Below, piece after piece: positions 27,932 through 37,914 of a stretch of DNA of 64,000 nucleotides. A program made the translations under genes and the position numbers. The notes under the pieces were generated by a model that made no database searches, was not told the origin of the DNA, and was given only the letters and a program-made list of their open reading frames with translations. The DNA comes from Betaproteobacteria bacterium (GTDB lineage Bacteria; Pseudomonadota; Gammaproteobacteria; Burkholderiales; Rhodocyclaceae): positions 3,347 to 67,346 of the forward strand of contig JACRAR010000059.1 in the NCBI GenBank assembly GCA_016234745.1, in the 5' to 3' direction. Position 1 is the stretch's first letter. Every line of letters begins with the position of its first letter.

Positions 27932-29317
27932 CTAGGGCTGCAGTTCGCGCAGCCGTAAGGCAACTTGCGCCTTGTCGAAACTGGCCGGACGGTTTGTCGC
28001 AGCGGCCAAGGCAAGATTGTAGTACTGCAGCGCAAGTTTGAACTGACTCAAATGGTCCAGACTCACCGCCAGGTTGAAGAGCGTGTCGGGATTGTCGGGC
28101 TCGCCCCGGTAGGCTCTGAAGTAGGCCGCCTGCGCTTCGTTCCAGCGATTCTGGCTGGCGTAAAGCGTGCCCAGCGCAAAACTGATGGCCGGCAGGTCGG
28201 GCTGGGCGGCAAGCATTGAATTCAGGCGGGTCTCGGCCAGAAGGGGGTCGCTCTGTCCGCGCAAACCGATCAGACCCGCTTGTGCCAACGCATCCTTGGG
28301 GTCGGCTTCGATCGCCCGCACGTAATACTCCTCGGCGGCGCTCGGCTGGCGCTGACGCAAACTGATGGCAGCCATGCCATGCAACGCGTCCCGATTGTTC
28401 GGTTCGCCATTCAGTACCTGGAGGTATTCACTGCGGGCAAGATCGAAATTGCCGGCCTGATAGGCGGCATACGCATTGGTCAGCGACGGGTTGAGGATGA
28501 CCTTGGCGGTAGTCACGCGAATCGGGTTGTTCGACTCCTCGTTCGCGGCCGCAGCGGCCGGCGCAGGACGCACCGGCGCAGCAGCAGCGGGCGGTGTCGG
28601 CGCGGCGTCCGGTTTGGCCGGAGAAGCCGCGGCATTGGCCGAAGGAGTGTTGGCGGACGGCGGCGCTGCAGCCTGCGGCGGCGGGGGCGATGGACGGGCG
28701 ATGGGCGGGCTGCCCAGTCTAATCGTGCCGGCGGGCTGGAGTTGCAGCCAGAAATAAACGCCGATGCCCGCAATGGCAACCAGAGTCAGGAAACCGAGCA
28801 CCAGGGCGAGTCGTCGATTGGGCGGTGCGGGGCGCCCCTGCTTGGCATCAAACAGATTTTGAGCCGCCATGCGATCTTCGGCTTCGGTCTTCAGGGTCGC
28901 CTGAGCAGTCGCCTGAGCGGTCGCCGTTTTGCTCGCAGGCAAATTCACAGGGGAAGGAGGAGCAGAAGCAGGAGCTGGCGGGGGTTCTGCCTGCGGCGAT
29001 TTCACCGGTTTCTTGTCCTTGCCGGGCTGCTTGGCGGTCGCAGCATGGGCAATGAATTCCTCATCCAGGACACCCAAATGGGGCGGCAGTTCCGGCAGGG
29101 TTGGCGGCCCGGAAGATGCCGGAGGCAGCGGAGGCGGAGGCGGGTCGTTGGCCATCAGCGGCGTCAGCTCCAGGGAGAAGGAAGGCGCTGTCGATGTTGC
29201 CGGCGGCGCGATCTCTGCGGCTGTCGGCGCAGCATTGGCACTGCTGTCGGCAGCGCCAGCCTGATTCTGGCGCTTGGCCTGTTCAGCCTTGTTCAGCGCG
29301 TCCATCAACAGGCTCAC
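27932..29317 (-). CDS. GspB/MshN-like protein: GspB-type N-terminus, Pro/Ala-rich linker, TM, C-terminal TPR repeats
   Basis: N-terminal MSLLMDALNKAEQAKR resembles the GspB/ExeB start. TPR-like repeats lie in the C-terminal ~200 aa. The start overlaps the secretin stop. Confidence 0.7.
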   Translation of the reverse strand: MSLLMDALNKAEQAKRQNQAGAADSSANAAPTAAEIAPPATSTAPSFSLELTPLMANDPPPPPLPPASSGPPTLPELPPHLGVLDEEFIAHAATAKQPGKDKKPVKSPQAEPPPAPASAPPSPVNLPASKTATAQATAQATLKTEAEDRMAAQNLFDAKQGRPAPPNRRLALVLGFLTLVAIAGIGVYFWLQLQPAGTIRLGSPPIARPSPPPPQAAAPPSANTPSANAAASPAKPDAAPTPPAAAAPVRPAPAAAAANEESNNPIRVTTAKVILNPSLTNAYAAYQAGNFDLARSEYLQVLNGEPNNRDALHGMAAISLRQRQPSAAEEYYVRAIEADPKDALAQAGLIGLRGQSDPLLAETRLNSMLAAQPDLPAISFALGTLYASQNRWNEAQAAYFRAYRGEPDNPDTLFNLAVSLDHLSQFKLALQYYNLALAAATNRPASFDKAQVALRLRELQP

Positions 29318-31140
29318 TGCGGATGACCTCCGAAGTTGAATTCCTGGCGTTGCGGACCATGTTCGCCCTTGAAGAAATCCTGTCCCGGCAATTTATCGCG
29401 ATATTCACGGTAATCCGTGTCCAGGCTTGCCTCCCGAACCACCACAGGGCGCAGGAAGACGACCAGTTCGGTCTTTGACCGCTTGTCGTCGCGATTGACG
29501 AACAAGTTCCCCACCGCGGGGATGTTCCACAATCCCGGTATGACGGTTTCAGTATTGCCGAGGCTGTCCTCCATCAGGCCGCCCATCACCGCGATGTTGC
29601 CGTTGCTGATGCGGATCACCGATTCCATCTCGCGCGTGCGGATCACCGGAATCTGGCTGGCCACGCCGGCCTTGGCCAGATCCGGATTGGGATCATTGAC
29701 GTAGGACACGATGCGGGAGACGCTGGGACGAATGTTCAGCAGCACGGTGTCGTTTTCGCTGATTTGCGGCGTGACATTCATGACGAAGCCCACCGGCACG
29801 GTGTTCAGAGTGGTGGTGTAGGTCGTCACGGAAGCGGTCTGGTTCGTGGTGGTATCCGCCTTGATCGTGAAATAGACACTATTGTCGATCACCTTGAGCA
29901 CGGCTGTCTGGTTGTTGATTACGGAAAGCTTCGGGCTCGAGAGCACCTTGACCGTGCCGAAGGTTTCGAGCAATTTGATCGAACCGCTGAAGATGCCCAA
30001 GCCCTTGACACTGACGCTGTTCGAATTCGCCTCGCTCCCGACGGTGCTGATTTCAATCCCCGTCAGAGGCTGCACCGGGCCCTTCTGCAAGAGCTTAACG
30101 CCCGATCCACCAATGGGCAACATGCTCCAGTTGATGCCCTGTTGATAGTCATTGCTCAGCAGCACTTCGGCGATCGTGGCCTCAATCAGGACCTGGCGGG
30201 TAGCGCGATACAGCACCTGATCGAGGAATTCCTGAATTTTTTCGTGCTGGCGACCGGTTGCGCGCACGATCAGGACGCTGCTCTCGGGATTGATGATCAC
30301 CGCAGCGGCTTCCCGGAACGTGGTTCGGCGCACGACGGTGCTGCCCTCCTGTTGCAGGGCTGCCGGGTTGGGGCTGCCGGCGATGTTCGGCGGCGCGTTC
30401 GCGGCCCCCTTGCCGGGAGGCTTGCCCTGCTGTGCGCCGGTACCGGTGGTCGTTTGCTGGTCGCTGTGCTCGACCACCGTTTCACTCGATCCTTCAGGCA
30501 GAATCTTGTCCGTCTCGCGCAGGATGTCCTTGAGGTTCTTTTCGAGGGTTTCCCAGAAGCGATTCTTGGCGGCATTGTCGATCTTGGTCAAGGAACTGTT
30601 GCCGCTGCCCCCGGAACCCGTTGTGCCCGCCGAGGCAATCTGCGTCGTGACGGTAGTGTTGCCGCTGGTGTCGCGCGTCATGTTCACGTAGTCGATCTTG
30701 TAGGTGCGCAGGAACGGCGAATCGGGCATGACAGTCAGGTTCGGGCCATCGAATTCCCAACGCATATCGACCTGCTTGCTGATCCTGCCGAGCAGTTGCT
30801 GCAGGGTCTGGTCGATGGCATTGAGCGTCACCACGCCTTGTATGCCGGGGTGAATATCGACATTGATCTTGGCATCGCGGGCCAGTGCAAACAGAAGTTC
30901 GTTGACCTTGACTTCATTCACCACCACGCTGAAGGTTTCAGTCTTTGCGGCCGGTTTGGGCCTGGGCAAGGCAGCGGACTGCTGAACCGGCTGGGGAATA
31001 TTGCGCGATGCCGGGGGCGGCAGGTTCTCTGTGCGCAAATGCCCTGCGGAAGGCGGTTGAACAGGCACATTGCTGCATCCCGCAATCAAAAGAACTGCAA
31101 AGAATGCTCGGCAGGCAGCAGATAAGTGTCGTACGCTCAT
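29314..31140 (-). CDS. Secretin (MshL/PilQ/GspD family) lipoprotein
   Basis: C-terminal secretin domain (IPVIRTREMESVIRISNGNIAVMGGL...IPGLWNIPAVGNLF). Lipobox LLIAGCS follows the ATG at 31140. The 48-aa extension in the track ORF (to 31284) is low-complexity. Confidence 0.85.
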   Translation of the reverse strand: MSVRHLSAACRAFFAVLLIAGCSNVPVQPPSAGHLRTENLPPPASRNIPQPVQQSAALPRPKPAAKTETFSVVVNEVKVNELLFALARDAKINVDIHPGIQGVVTLNAIDQTLQQLLGRISKQVDMRWEFDGPNLTVMPDSPFLRTYKIDYVNMTRDTSGNTTVTTQIASAGTTGSGGSGNSSLTKIDNAAKNRFWETLEKNLKDILRETDKILPEGSSETVVEHSDQQTTTGTGAQQGKPPGKGAANAPPNIAGSPNPAALQQEGSTVVRRTTFREAAAVIINPESSVLIVRATGRQHEKIQEFLDQVLYRATRQVLIEATIAEVLLSNDYQQGINWSMLPIGGSGVKLLQKGPVQPLTGIEISTVGSEANSNSVSVKGLGIFSGSIKLLETFGTVKVLSSPKLSVINNQTAVLKVIDNSVYFTIKADTTTNQTASVTTYTTTLNTVPVGFVMNVTPQISENDTVLLNIRPSVSRIVSYVNDPNPDLAKAGVASQIPVIRTREMESVIRISNGNIAVMGGLMEDSLGNTETVIPGLWNIPAVGNLFVNRDDKRSKTELVVFLRPVVVREASLDTDYREYRDKLPGQDFFKGEHGPQRQEFNFGGHPQ

Positions 31141-31290
31141 GGCGAAATCGGAGGATACGTTCCCACTTCCCCTGCCCCCCCTTGCATCCCCTTTGGCTCC
31201 ACCGGGTCCCGGTTTGGTCCCGTCTGGCGATTCCATCGATGATAGCACGTAAGGCCTTGTCTCATGAGTGGCGGAGCTGTCCAATGATGG

Positions 31291-32748
31291 TCAGCGCAGG
31301 TGTTTCACCAGGCGCGGAAAAGGAGAGAGCGCACGCAACGATGCGGGAAGCTGCTGAATCGCGCCGAGGGCGGCATCACGGGAAACATAGTCGCCATAGA
31401 TGATACCGACACGCTGCACGCCTTTGAAATTGGTGACATAGATCCGCAGTTGATCGGCCCCGATCTGTTCCGCGGCGCGGGTCACGAAGCTCTCGATGGC
31501 ATTGGTCTGGCTGATGTCGGATCCGACCAACTGGATAAACCAGCGGTCGTTGGCAGCGGTTTTCAGCCATAACTGTCCCGCCTCGTAGCGGGCACGGCTT
31601 TGCTCGCCCAACTTGGCGACGGGATCCGCCGTTTGGTCGGAGAGCGTCCCGGCCGGCCTGACGGGCAGTCCCGCAGGTACTGCTGCTGCGGATGACTTGC
31701 CCGCGACAACTGGGCTGGCAGGAGAACGGGGAACCGCCTCGGGTGCACGCGGAGCCTGGGGAGCCGGTCTCACCGGCGCGACCGGCACGGAAATTTCGGG
31801 AAGCGGCTGAGGCGCGACGGCAGAGAGGTTGGCAGGGGTGCGCGATTCGCCGCCGCGTAACAACAATAGCGCAACGCCTGCGACCACCAGGATTACGGCA
31901 GCCAACCCCGCCCACAGCCGCCAGCGGGTCGGGCGGAAATCGCCAAACTCGGCGTCGCGAATGGCGGCGCGAATATGCCTGGGCGTGATCTGGTGGGTAT
32001 TTTCGGCGAACGCGGCAAGCAAGGACTTGTCGGCGATGATATTGATGCGCCGCGTGAGCCCCATCGAAGCGCCGGTGATGAGGCGGACCGAGGGATCGTT
32101 GAAAATCTTCGGGCCATGGTAACCGGCTGCACGCATACGAAAGTCGATGTATCCGGCAATATCGTCGCGCACCATCGGTTCCAGGGCGAAGTTGTGGGTA
32201 ATCCGCTCCTTCAGCTGGCGCATGTCCGGTCGTGCCAGCACGACGTTGAGCTCGGGTTGTCCGAACAGCACCAATTGCAGCAGCATGTGATGGTTCGATT
32301 CGAGGTTGGACAGTAAACGAATCTCTTCCAAAGTCTCGACCGGCATCGCATGCGCCTCGTCGATCAGCACCACAATCTGGTGTCCCTTGCTGTACAACTC
32401 GATCAGGTGTTCCTGCAGAATCCTCAGGATCGCGTTGGCGCGGCCGGCCGGGATATCAATGGCCAGTTCATCGGCAATCGCATAGAGGATGTCTTCGCGC
32501 GAAAGCGAGGGCGTGGCGAGATAGACCGTCTTGACATGCGCAGGCAGGCGCTCCATCAGCACCCGGCACAGCATGGTCTTGCCACTGCCGACTTCACCGC
32601 TGATCTTGACGATGCCTTCATCATGGGTGATGGCGTAGATCAGGGCATCCAGCGTGGCGCCGCGATTGGCGCCGTCAAAAAAGAAATCCGTGTTCGGGGT
32701 AATCCGGAAGGGCGCCTCGGTCAATCCGTAGTGCTCAAGATACATCAA
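31291..32748 (-). CDS. ExeA/GspA/MshM-like AAA ATPase with C-terminal SPOR-like peptidoglycan-binding domain
   Basis: MYLEHYGLTEAPF start, Walker A GEVGSGKT, central TM, Pro-rich linker, and a C-terminal WFIQLVGS...RVGIIYGDY SPOR-like module. Confidence 0.85.
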   Translation of the reverse strand: MMYLEHYGLTEAPFRITPNTDFFFDGANRGATLDALIYAITHDEGIVKISGEVGSGKTMLCRVLMERLPAHVKTVYLATPSLSREDILYAIADELAIDIPAGRANAILRILQEHLIELYSKGHQIVVLIDEAHAMPVETLEEIRLLSNLESNHHMLLQLVLFGQPELNVVLARPDMRQLKERITHNFALEPMVRDDIAGYIDFRMRAAGYHGPKIFNDPSVRLITGASMGLTRRINIIADKSLLAAFAENTHQITPRHIRAAIRDAEFGDFRPTRWRLWAGLAAVILVVAGVALLLLRGGESRTPANLSAVAPQPLPEISVPVAPVRPAPQAPRAPEAVPRSPASPVVAGKSSAAAVPAGLPVRPAGTLSDQTADPVAKLGEQSRARYEAGQLWLKTAANDRWFIQLVGSDISQTNAIESFVTRAAEQIGADQLRIYVTNFKGVQRVGIIYGDYVSRDAALGAIQQLPASLRALSPFPRLVKHLR

Positions 32749-34199
32749 TGGTTTCCCTGGTTCTTCATGCGTGCCAGCGTTTCAATGCGGCTGTATAGTG
32801 TCGTGCGATTGATGCCGAGCAGCTTGGCCGCCTGGCTCAGATTGCCCTGGGTAAGGCGCTGCGCCGCTTCGATGTAGGCCTCCTCCCAATGGTGCAGCGT
32901 GTCGTCGAGGCTGAAATGGCCTTGCCGTTGCAGATGTTGTTGCGCGGTGGCTATCAGTTCGCTCGGATCGTCACTCAACAGGATGCTTTGCGACTGCTCA
33001 CCGGACGGGCTATCCAACTCCGACTCCAACTCGGGCAATGATACTGCGTGAGCGGGATATTTGGTGCTCAGACGGATCACGATGTTGCGCAATTCGCGCA
33101 CATTGCCGGGGAATGCGTAGTTCATCCAGCGCTGCTCCGCGGCGTCCGTCAAAGTGAACGGGGCTTGGCCGGCCTGGTGCGCATAGAGAATCCGGAAGTG
33201 TTCGAGCAGCAACTGCTTGTCCTGACCCATCTCGCGCAGCGGCGGCACGCTGATGGAAAACACGCTGAGCCGGTGATACAGGTCCGCGCGGAAACGCCCC
33301 TTGCGCACTTCCTGGCGCAAATCGCGATTGGTTGCCGTGATGACACGCGCATGGGAAATGCGCGACTGGGTTTCGCCGACGCGCTGGAACTCGCCGTTCT
33401 CGAGAACGCGCAATAGTTTCGGTTGCAGGTCGAGCGGCAATTCGCCGATTTCGTCGAGAAACAGCGTACCGTTGCCGGCATCCTCGAAATAGCCGGATTT
33501 GTTGGCGACCGCGCCGGTGAATGCGCCCTTGGCATAACCGAACAGGGTGGGCTCGACCAGGGTGGGCGCAATTGCCGCGCAATTGAGGGCAAAGAAGGGG
33601 AGATTTCTCCTTTCGGTCTGGCGATGCAAGCAGCAATGGGCGACGATTTCCTTGCCGCTGCCCGACTCACCTTCGATCAGGACCGGAAATGGCGAACTGC
33701 CGTACTGCCGGGCCTGTTCGCGCAATTTCAAGATTGCCAGGCTCTCCCCGATCAGATCGCAGGTGCTGGTATGCGCCGCTTCTGCCTCTGCGGCATCTTC
33801 CGCGGCGCCGAAGGCCAGCACCTTGAACAAGATCTGCCGCAGCTTTTCCGGATCGGCGGGCTTGGCGACGAATTCCACGGCACCCAGGGCACGCGCATGC
33901 CGGCCTTGCATCTCTTCGTTCTGGCCGGACAGCACCACGATCTTCATGCTGGGCGAGTGCGCCAGCAGGTCCGAAATCAAGGCGAACCCTTCGTCCGGAC
34001 GATGCGGCAAGGGCGGCAGGCCAAGATCGATCAAGGCCGCTTGGGGCGGATCGGATTTGCGCAGGCGTTCGATGCATTCGTTGCGCGAAGAAGCGACTGA
34101 CACATCAAAATCCCTGCTGAGAAAATAGCTCAGCGTATCGGTAATCAAGGCATCGTCGTCGACGATCAACAACAAAGGTTTGCGTGCTGTGTCGCTCAT
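32745..34199 (-). CDS. Sigma-54-dependent response regulator (NtrC/PilR family)
   Basis: Receiver domain (LLIVDDD...ALIDLGLPP), AAA+ sigma-54 activator domain (GESGSGKE, GAFTGA) and a C-terminal Fis-type HTH. GGAGA lies upstream of ATG 34199. ATGA overlap with the next gene. Confidence 0.9.
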   Translation of the reverse strand: MSDTARKPLLLIVDDDALITDTLSYFLSRDFDVSVASSRNECIERLRKSDPPQAALIDLGLPPLPHRPDEGFALISDLLAHSPSMKIVVLSGQNEEMQGRHARALGAVEFVAKPADPEKLRQILFKVLAFGAAEDAAEAEAAHTSTCDLIGESLAILKLREQARQYGSSPFPVLIEGESGSGKEIVAHCCLHRQTERRNLPFFALNCAAIAPTLVEPTLFGYAKGAFTGAVANKSGYFEDAGNGTLFLDEIGELPLDLQPKLLRVLENGEFQRVGETQSRISHARVITATNRDLRQEVRKGRFRADLYHRLSVFSISVPPLREMGQDKQLLLEHFRILYAHQAGQAPFTLTDAAEQRWMNYAFPGNVRELRNIVIRLSTKYPAHAVSLPELESELDSPSGEQSQSILLSDDPSELIATAQQHLQRQGHFSLDDTLHHWEEAYIEAAQRLTQGNLSQAAKLLGINRTTLYSRIETLARMKNQGNH

Positions 34200-34325
34200 G
34201 TTCTCCACGGCATGGTATGCCAAAACTCTGGCGCGCCAGAGTGCGTAGTGTGACATAAATCACCCCGGGGTAAATGCGGCCATCTGGTAGAATCCACGCG
34301 TATTTTTCACTATTGGAACGAATCC

Positions 34326-35156
34326 GTGGCATCCGCAACGACACCGTCCGACGACTGCTTGGTCAGAATCAACAAAGTCAGCTTTGCCTATGACCGGCGC
34401 CCGGTTCTTACGGATATCAACATGGAGATTCCGCGCGGCAAGATCGTGGCGATCATGGGCAGCAGCGGTTGCGGCAAGACCACAACCCTGCGCCTGATCG
34501 GCGGCCAGCTCAAGCCCACCAGCGGCGAGGTGCGCGTTAACGGGCAAGTGGTGCATACGCTGGACAGCGGCGGTCTCTATGAAATGCGCCGGCACATGGG
34601 CATGTTGTTCCAGTTCGGCGCCTTGTTCACCGACCTGTCGGTGTTTGACAACGTCGCCTTTCAGATGCGCGAACACACCGACCTTCCCGAAGACTTGATC
34701 AATGACCTGGTGATGATGAAATTGCATGCCGTCGGGCTGCGCGGCGCCCATCACCTCATGCCCTCCGAGCTTTCCGGCGGCATGGCGCGGCGTGTCGCCC
34801 TGGCCCGCGCGATCGCCCTGGATCCGATGCTGATCATGTACGACGAACCGTTTGCCGGTCTCGACCCGATTTCGCTGTCCATCATCGGCGAACTGATCCG
34901 CAGCCTCAACGATGCGCTCGGCGCCAGTTCCATCATCGTCACCCACGACGTCCAGGAATCACTGAAAATCGTCGATTACGTCTATTTTGTCTCTGCCGGA
35001 AAAATTGTTGCACAGGGTACCGCCGAAGAAATCAAGGCATCTGGAACGCCGTACGTGCACCAGTTCGTCTGGGGAGAGGCCGACGGCCCCGTGCCTTTCC
35101 ACTACCCGGCGCCGGTGTATGGGGAGCAGATCATGGAGCAGGCGGGTCATGCCTAA
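34326..35156 (+). CDS. mlaF: Phospholipid ABC transporter ATP-binding protein MlaF
   Basis: Walker A GSSGCGKTT, signature LSGGMARR, Walker B LIMYDEP, in an mla operon context. Confidence 0.9.
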   Translation: MASATTPSDDCLVRINKVSFAYDRRPVLTDINMEIPRGKIVAIMGSSGCGKTTTLRLIGGQLKPTSGEVRVNGQVVHTLDSGGLYEMRRHMGMLFQFGALFTDLSVFDNVAFQMREHTDLPEDLINDLVMMKLHAVGLRGAHHLMPSELSGGMARRVALARAIALDPMLIMYDEPFAGLDPISLSIIGELIRSLNDALGASSIIVTHDVQESLKIVDYVYFVSAGKIVAQGTAEEIKASGTPYVHQFVWGEADGPVPFHYPAPVYGEQIMEQAGHA

Positions 35157-35970
35157 TTCATCCAAGCCCTCTCCTTTCACCGACAAGCTGGTGCAATTCC
35201 TGACCCGGCTAGGCCACAACTTCACCAGCCGCATCTGGCGCCTGGGGTTTGCCAGCCGCTTTTTCCTGGCCATTCTGTTGCTTTCGGGCACGGCCTTGCG
35301 GCGTTTTCATCTCACCATCCGCGAGATCTATTTCACCGGGGTACTGAGCCTGATCATCATCCTGGTATCCGGCCTGTTCGTCGGCATGGTGCTCGGCTTG
35401 CAGGGCTACGACACGCTGCAGCGCTACGGATCCAGTGAAGCGCTCGGGGTCCTGGTCTCATTGTCGCTGGTGCGCGAGCTGGGGCCGGTGGTTTCCGCCC
35501 TGCTCTTTGCCAGCCGCGCCGGTTCGGCAATCACCGCAGAAATCGGCCTGATGAAGGCGACCGAGCAGTTGTCCGCAATGGAGATGATGGCGGTCAATCC
35601 GATCGCCCGCGTCGTGGCGCCCCGCTTCTGGGCCGGCGTGGTGTCGATGCCCATGCTGGCAGCACTGTTTTCGGCGATGGGCATATTCGGCGGTTACCTG
35701 GTCGGCGTGCAACTGATCGGGGTCGACGAAGGCTCGTTCTGGTCGCAGATGCAGGCCTCAGTCGACTTTCGCGAAGATATTGTCAACGGCATCATCAAGA
35801 GCTGCGTTTTTGGCATAATCATCAGCTGGATTGCCGTGTTCGAGGGTTATGACGCCGAGCCGACCGCGGAAGGCGTTTCCGGCGCCACCACGCGCACCGT
35901 GGTGACTTCGTCGCTGGCAGTGCTTGCAGCCGATTTCGTACTGACCGCATTCATGTTCCGGGGGGCTTAA
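35149..35970 (+). CDS. mlaE: Phospholipid ABC transporter permease MlaE
   Basis: Multi-TM protein of the MlaE/YrbE family. ATG 35149 overlaps the mlaF stop. The longer track ORF is an in-gene extension. Confidence 0.9.
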   Translation: MPNSSKPSPFTDKLVQFLTRLGHNFTSRIWRLGFASRFFLAILLLSGTALRRFHLTIREIYFTGVLSLIIILVSGLFVGMVLGLQGYDTLQRYGSSEALGVLVSLSLVRELGPVVSALLFASRAGSAITAEIGLMKATEQLSAMEMMAVNPIARVVAPRFWAGVVSMPMLAALFSAMGIFGGYLVGVQLIGVDEGSFWSQMQASVDFREDIVNGIIKSCVFGIIISWIAVFEGYDAEPTAEGVSGATTRTVVTSSLAVLAADFVLTAFMFRGA

Positions 35971-36446
35971 TGAACCGTGCGACACTCGACCTGTGGGTCG
36001 GCATTTTTGTCACTATTGGCCTGGGCTCGCTGCTGTTTCTAGCGCTCAAGGTCGGCAATCTGGCTTCCAACAACGTTGGCGAAACATATCGGCTGGAGGC
36101 CAAGTTTGATAACATCGGCGGTCTGAAAGTGCGCGGAGCGGTCAAGAGCGCCGGCGTCGTGGTCGGGCGGGTTACGCAAATCCAGCTCGATCCGGAAGCG
36201 TTTGTCGCGGTTGTCAGCATGCATATCGACCACCGCTACAAATTTCCCCGCGACACTTTTGCCACCATTAACACCTCCGGATTGCTCGGGGAGCAATATG
36301 TCGGCTTTGAAGTCGGCGGCGAGACCCAGATGCTCAAGGATGGCGACCTGGTAAAGAAAACCCAGTCGGCGGTGGTGCTGGAAAAGCTCATCAGCCAGTT
36401 CATGTTCAACAAAGCCAGTGAAGATAACGGCGGCAGCAAGAAGTGA
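35970..36446 (+). CDS. mlaD: MCE-domain protein MlaD
   Basis: N-terminal TM followed by an MCE domain (GGLKVRGAVKSAGVVVGRV). Confidence 0.9.
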   Translation: MNRATLDLWVGIFVTIGLGSLLFLALKVGNLASNNVGETYRLEAKFDNIGGLKVRGAVKSAGVVVGRVTQIQLDPEAFVAVVSMHIDHRYKFPRDTFATINTSGLLGEQYVGFEVGGETQMLKDGDLVKKTQSAVVLEKLISQFMFNKASEDNGGSKK

Positions 36447-36477
36447 TGCGGGGCTGCGCAACAAAAGGGACGGATTT

Positions 36478-37269
36478 GTGAGCAGAGTCTATTTGAAAGT
36501 TTTTCGCAACCTGGCGAGTCTGGCCATTGCCGGCGCCATGTTCGGGCTCCTCAGTGGCTGCGCTTCCACGGGCGTTCACAAAGACCCGCTGGAAGGCTAC
36601 AACCGCGCCATGTTCGCCTTCAACGACGGGATTGATCGCGCCATCCTCAGGCCCGTTGCACAGGGTTATGTCGATGTCGTTCCGGTGACGCTGCGCACCG
36701 GCGTATCCAACTTTTACGGCAACATCGCCGATGTCTTCATTGCCGTGAACAATCTTCTGCAAGGCAAGCTGCCTGAAGCGGCAGGGGATATCGGCAGGGT
36801 GGCGGTGAATACGACCATGGGACTGCTCGGCGTGATTGATTTCGCCAGCGATTTCGGGCTGGAAAAACACGATGAGGATTTTGGCCAAACCTTTGGCCGT
36901 TGGGGCGTCGGCGACGGTCCCTACGTCATGCTGCCGATTCTCGGGCCGCGCACGATGCGCGACGCCTTCGCCCAGATTCTCGATTCGACGACTGATCCGG
37001 TCTTTCAGTTGAACGATGTCCCGACCCGCAATTCACTGGTGGTGATGCGCGCCGTCAGCGACCGGTCCGAGTACCTGGCTGCCGACAAGATTGTTCAGGA
37101 AGCTGCCCTCGACCGCTATGCCTACATTCGTGATGCTTACCTGCAGCGGCGGCGCAACCGGGTGTACGACGGTAATCCGCCGCGCCGGCTGGATGACGAC
37201 GCACAGTTGGAGCCGCAGCACAGGTATGCCGCCCTGCAAACGGGTATGGATTCCCCCAACACGCCTTAA
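36478..37269 (+). CDS. mlaA: Outer-membrane lipoprotein MlaA/VacJ
   Basis: Lipobox LLSGCAS. VacJ-family motifs DPLEGYNRAMF and WGVGDGPYVMLPILGP. AAGGGA lies 8 nt upstream of GTG 36478. Confidence 0.85.
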   Translation: MSRVYLKVFRNLASLAIAGAMFGLLSGCASTGVHKDPLEGYNRAMFAFNDGIDRAILRPVAQGYVDVVPVTLRTGVSNFYGNIADVFIAVNNLLQGKLPEAAGDIGRVAVNTTMGLLGVIDFASDFGLEKHDEDFGQTFGRWGVGDGPYVMLPILGPRTMRDAFAQILDSTTDPVFQLNDVPTRNSLVVMRAVSDRSEYLAADKIVQEAALDRYAYIRDAYLQRRRNRVYDGNPPRRLDDDAQLEPQHRYAALQTGMDSPNTP

Positions 37270-37281
37270 GAAGGAACTCGC

Positions 37282-37914
37282 ATGAAATTTTCTGTTTTGC
37301 TGATGGCCTGTTTTGCCCTGCTGATGCCTGCCGTGACTGGGGCGCAACAACCGGCCAACCCGCCGGCCAACCTTGCGCCCGACCAGTTGATCAAGAATGT
37401 CTCCAACGAAGTGCTGGAAATCGTGCGCAAGGACAAGGATATCCAGGCCGGCAACAACAAGAAAATACTCGATCTGGTCGAGACCAAGGTCCTGCCGCAT
37501 TTCAATTTCACGCACATGACCCAGCTTGCCCTGGCACGTGACTGGCGTGTTGCCAATCCGGCGCAGCAGAAAACCCTGACCGACGAGTTCCGCACCCTGC
37601 TGGTGCGCACCTACTCGAAGGCGCTGACCGAGTACAAGAATCAGGTCATCGAATTCAAGCCTTTCTCGCTCAAGAACGGCGAAACCGACGTGAAAGTGCG
37701 CACGCAGATCGTCCAGTCGGGCGCCAAGCCAATCTCTCTCGACTATTACCTTGAAATGCTGCCGCAGGGCTGGAAGGTCTACGACATCGAGGTCAGCGGC
37801 ATCAGCCTCGTCACCAATTATCGCGATTCGTTCGCCAGCGAAGTGCGCAACAATGGCATCGACGGCCTGATCGCAACGTTGCAAACGAAAAACCGCAGCC
37901 TGGAGTCCAAGTGA
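37282..37914 (+). CDS. mlaC: Periplasmic phospholipid-binding protein MlaC (Ttg2D family)
   Basis: Signal peptide, MlaC/toluene-tolerance family sequence, and operon position. Confidence 0.85.
   Translation: MKFSVLLMACFALLMPAVTGAQQPANPPANLAPDQLIKNVSNEVLEIVRKDKDIQAGNNKKILDLVETKVLPHFNFTHMTQLALARDWRVANPAQQKTLTDEFRTLLVRTYSKALTEYKNQVIEFKPFSLKNGETDVKVRTQIVQSGAKPISLDYYLEMLPQGWKVYDIEVSGISLVTNYRDSFASEVRNNGIDGLIATLQTKNRSLESK

Noticed and set aside
29764-31125. 453-aa plus-strand ORF
   Set aside because: It is antisense to the secretin gene, which has an unmistakable secretin C-terminal domain.
31141-31290. Sigma-54 (-24/-12) promoter between the ExeA-like and secretin genes, and likewise in 27808-27931
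   Set aside because: GG and GC dinucleotides with the required 10-nt spacing and TGGCAC/TTGC context were not found by eye. A matrix scan is still needed.
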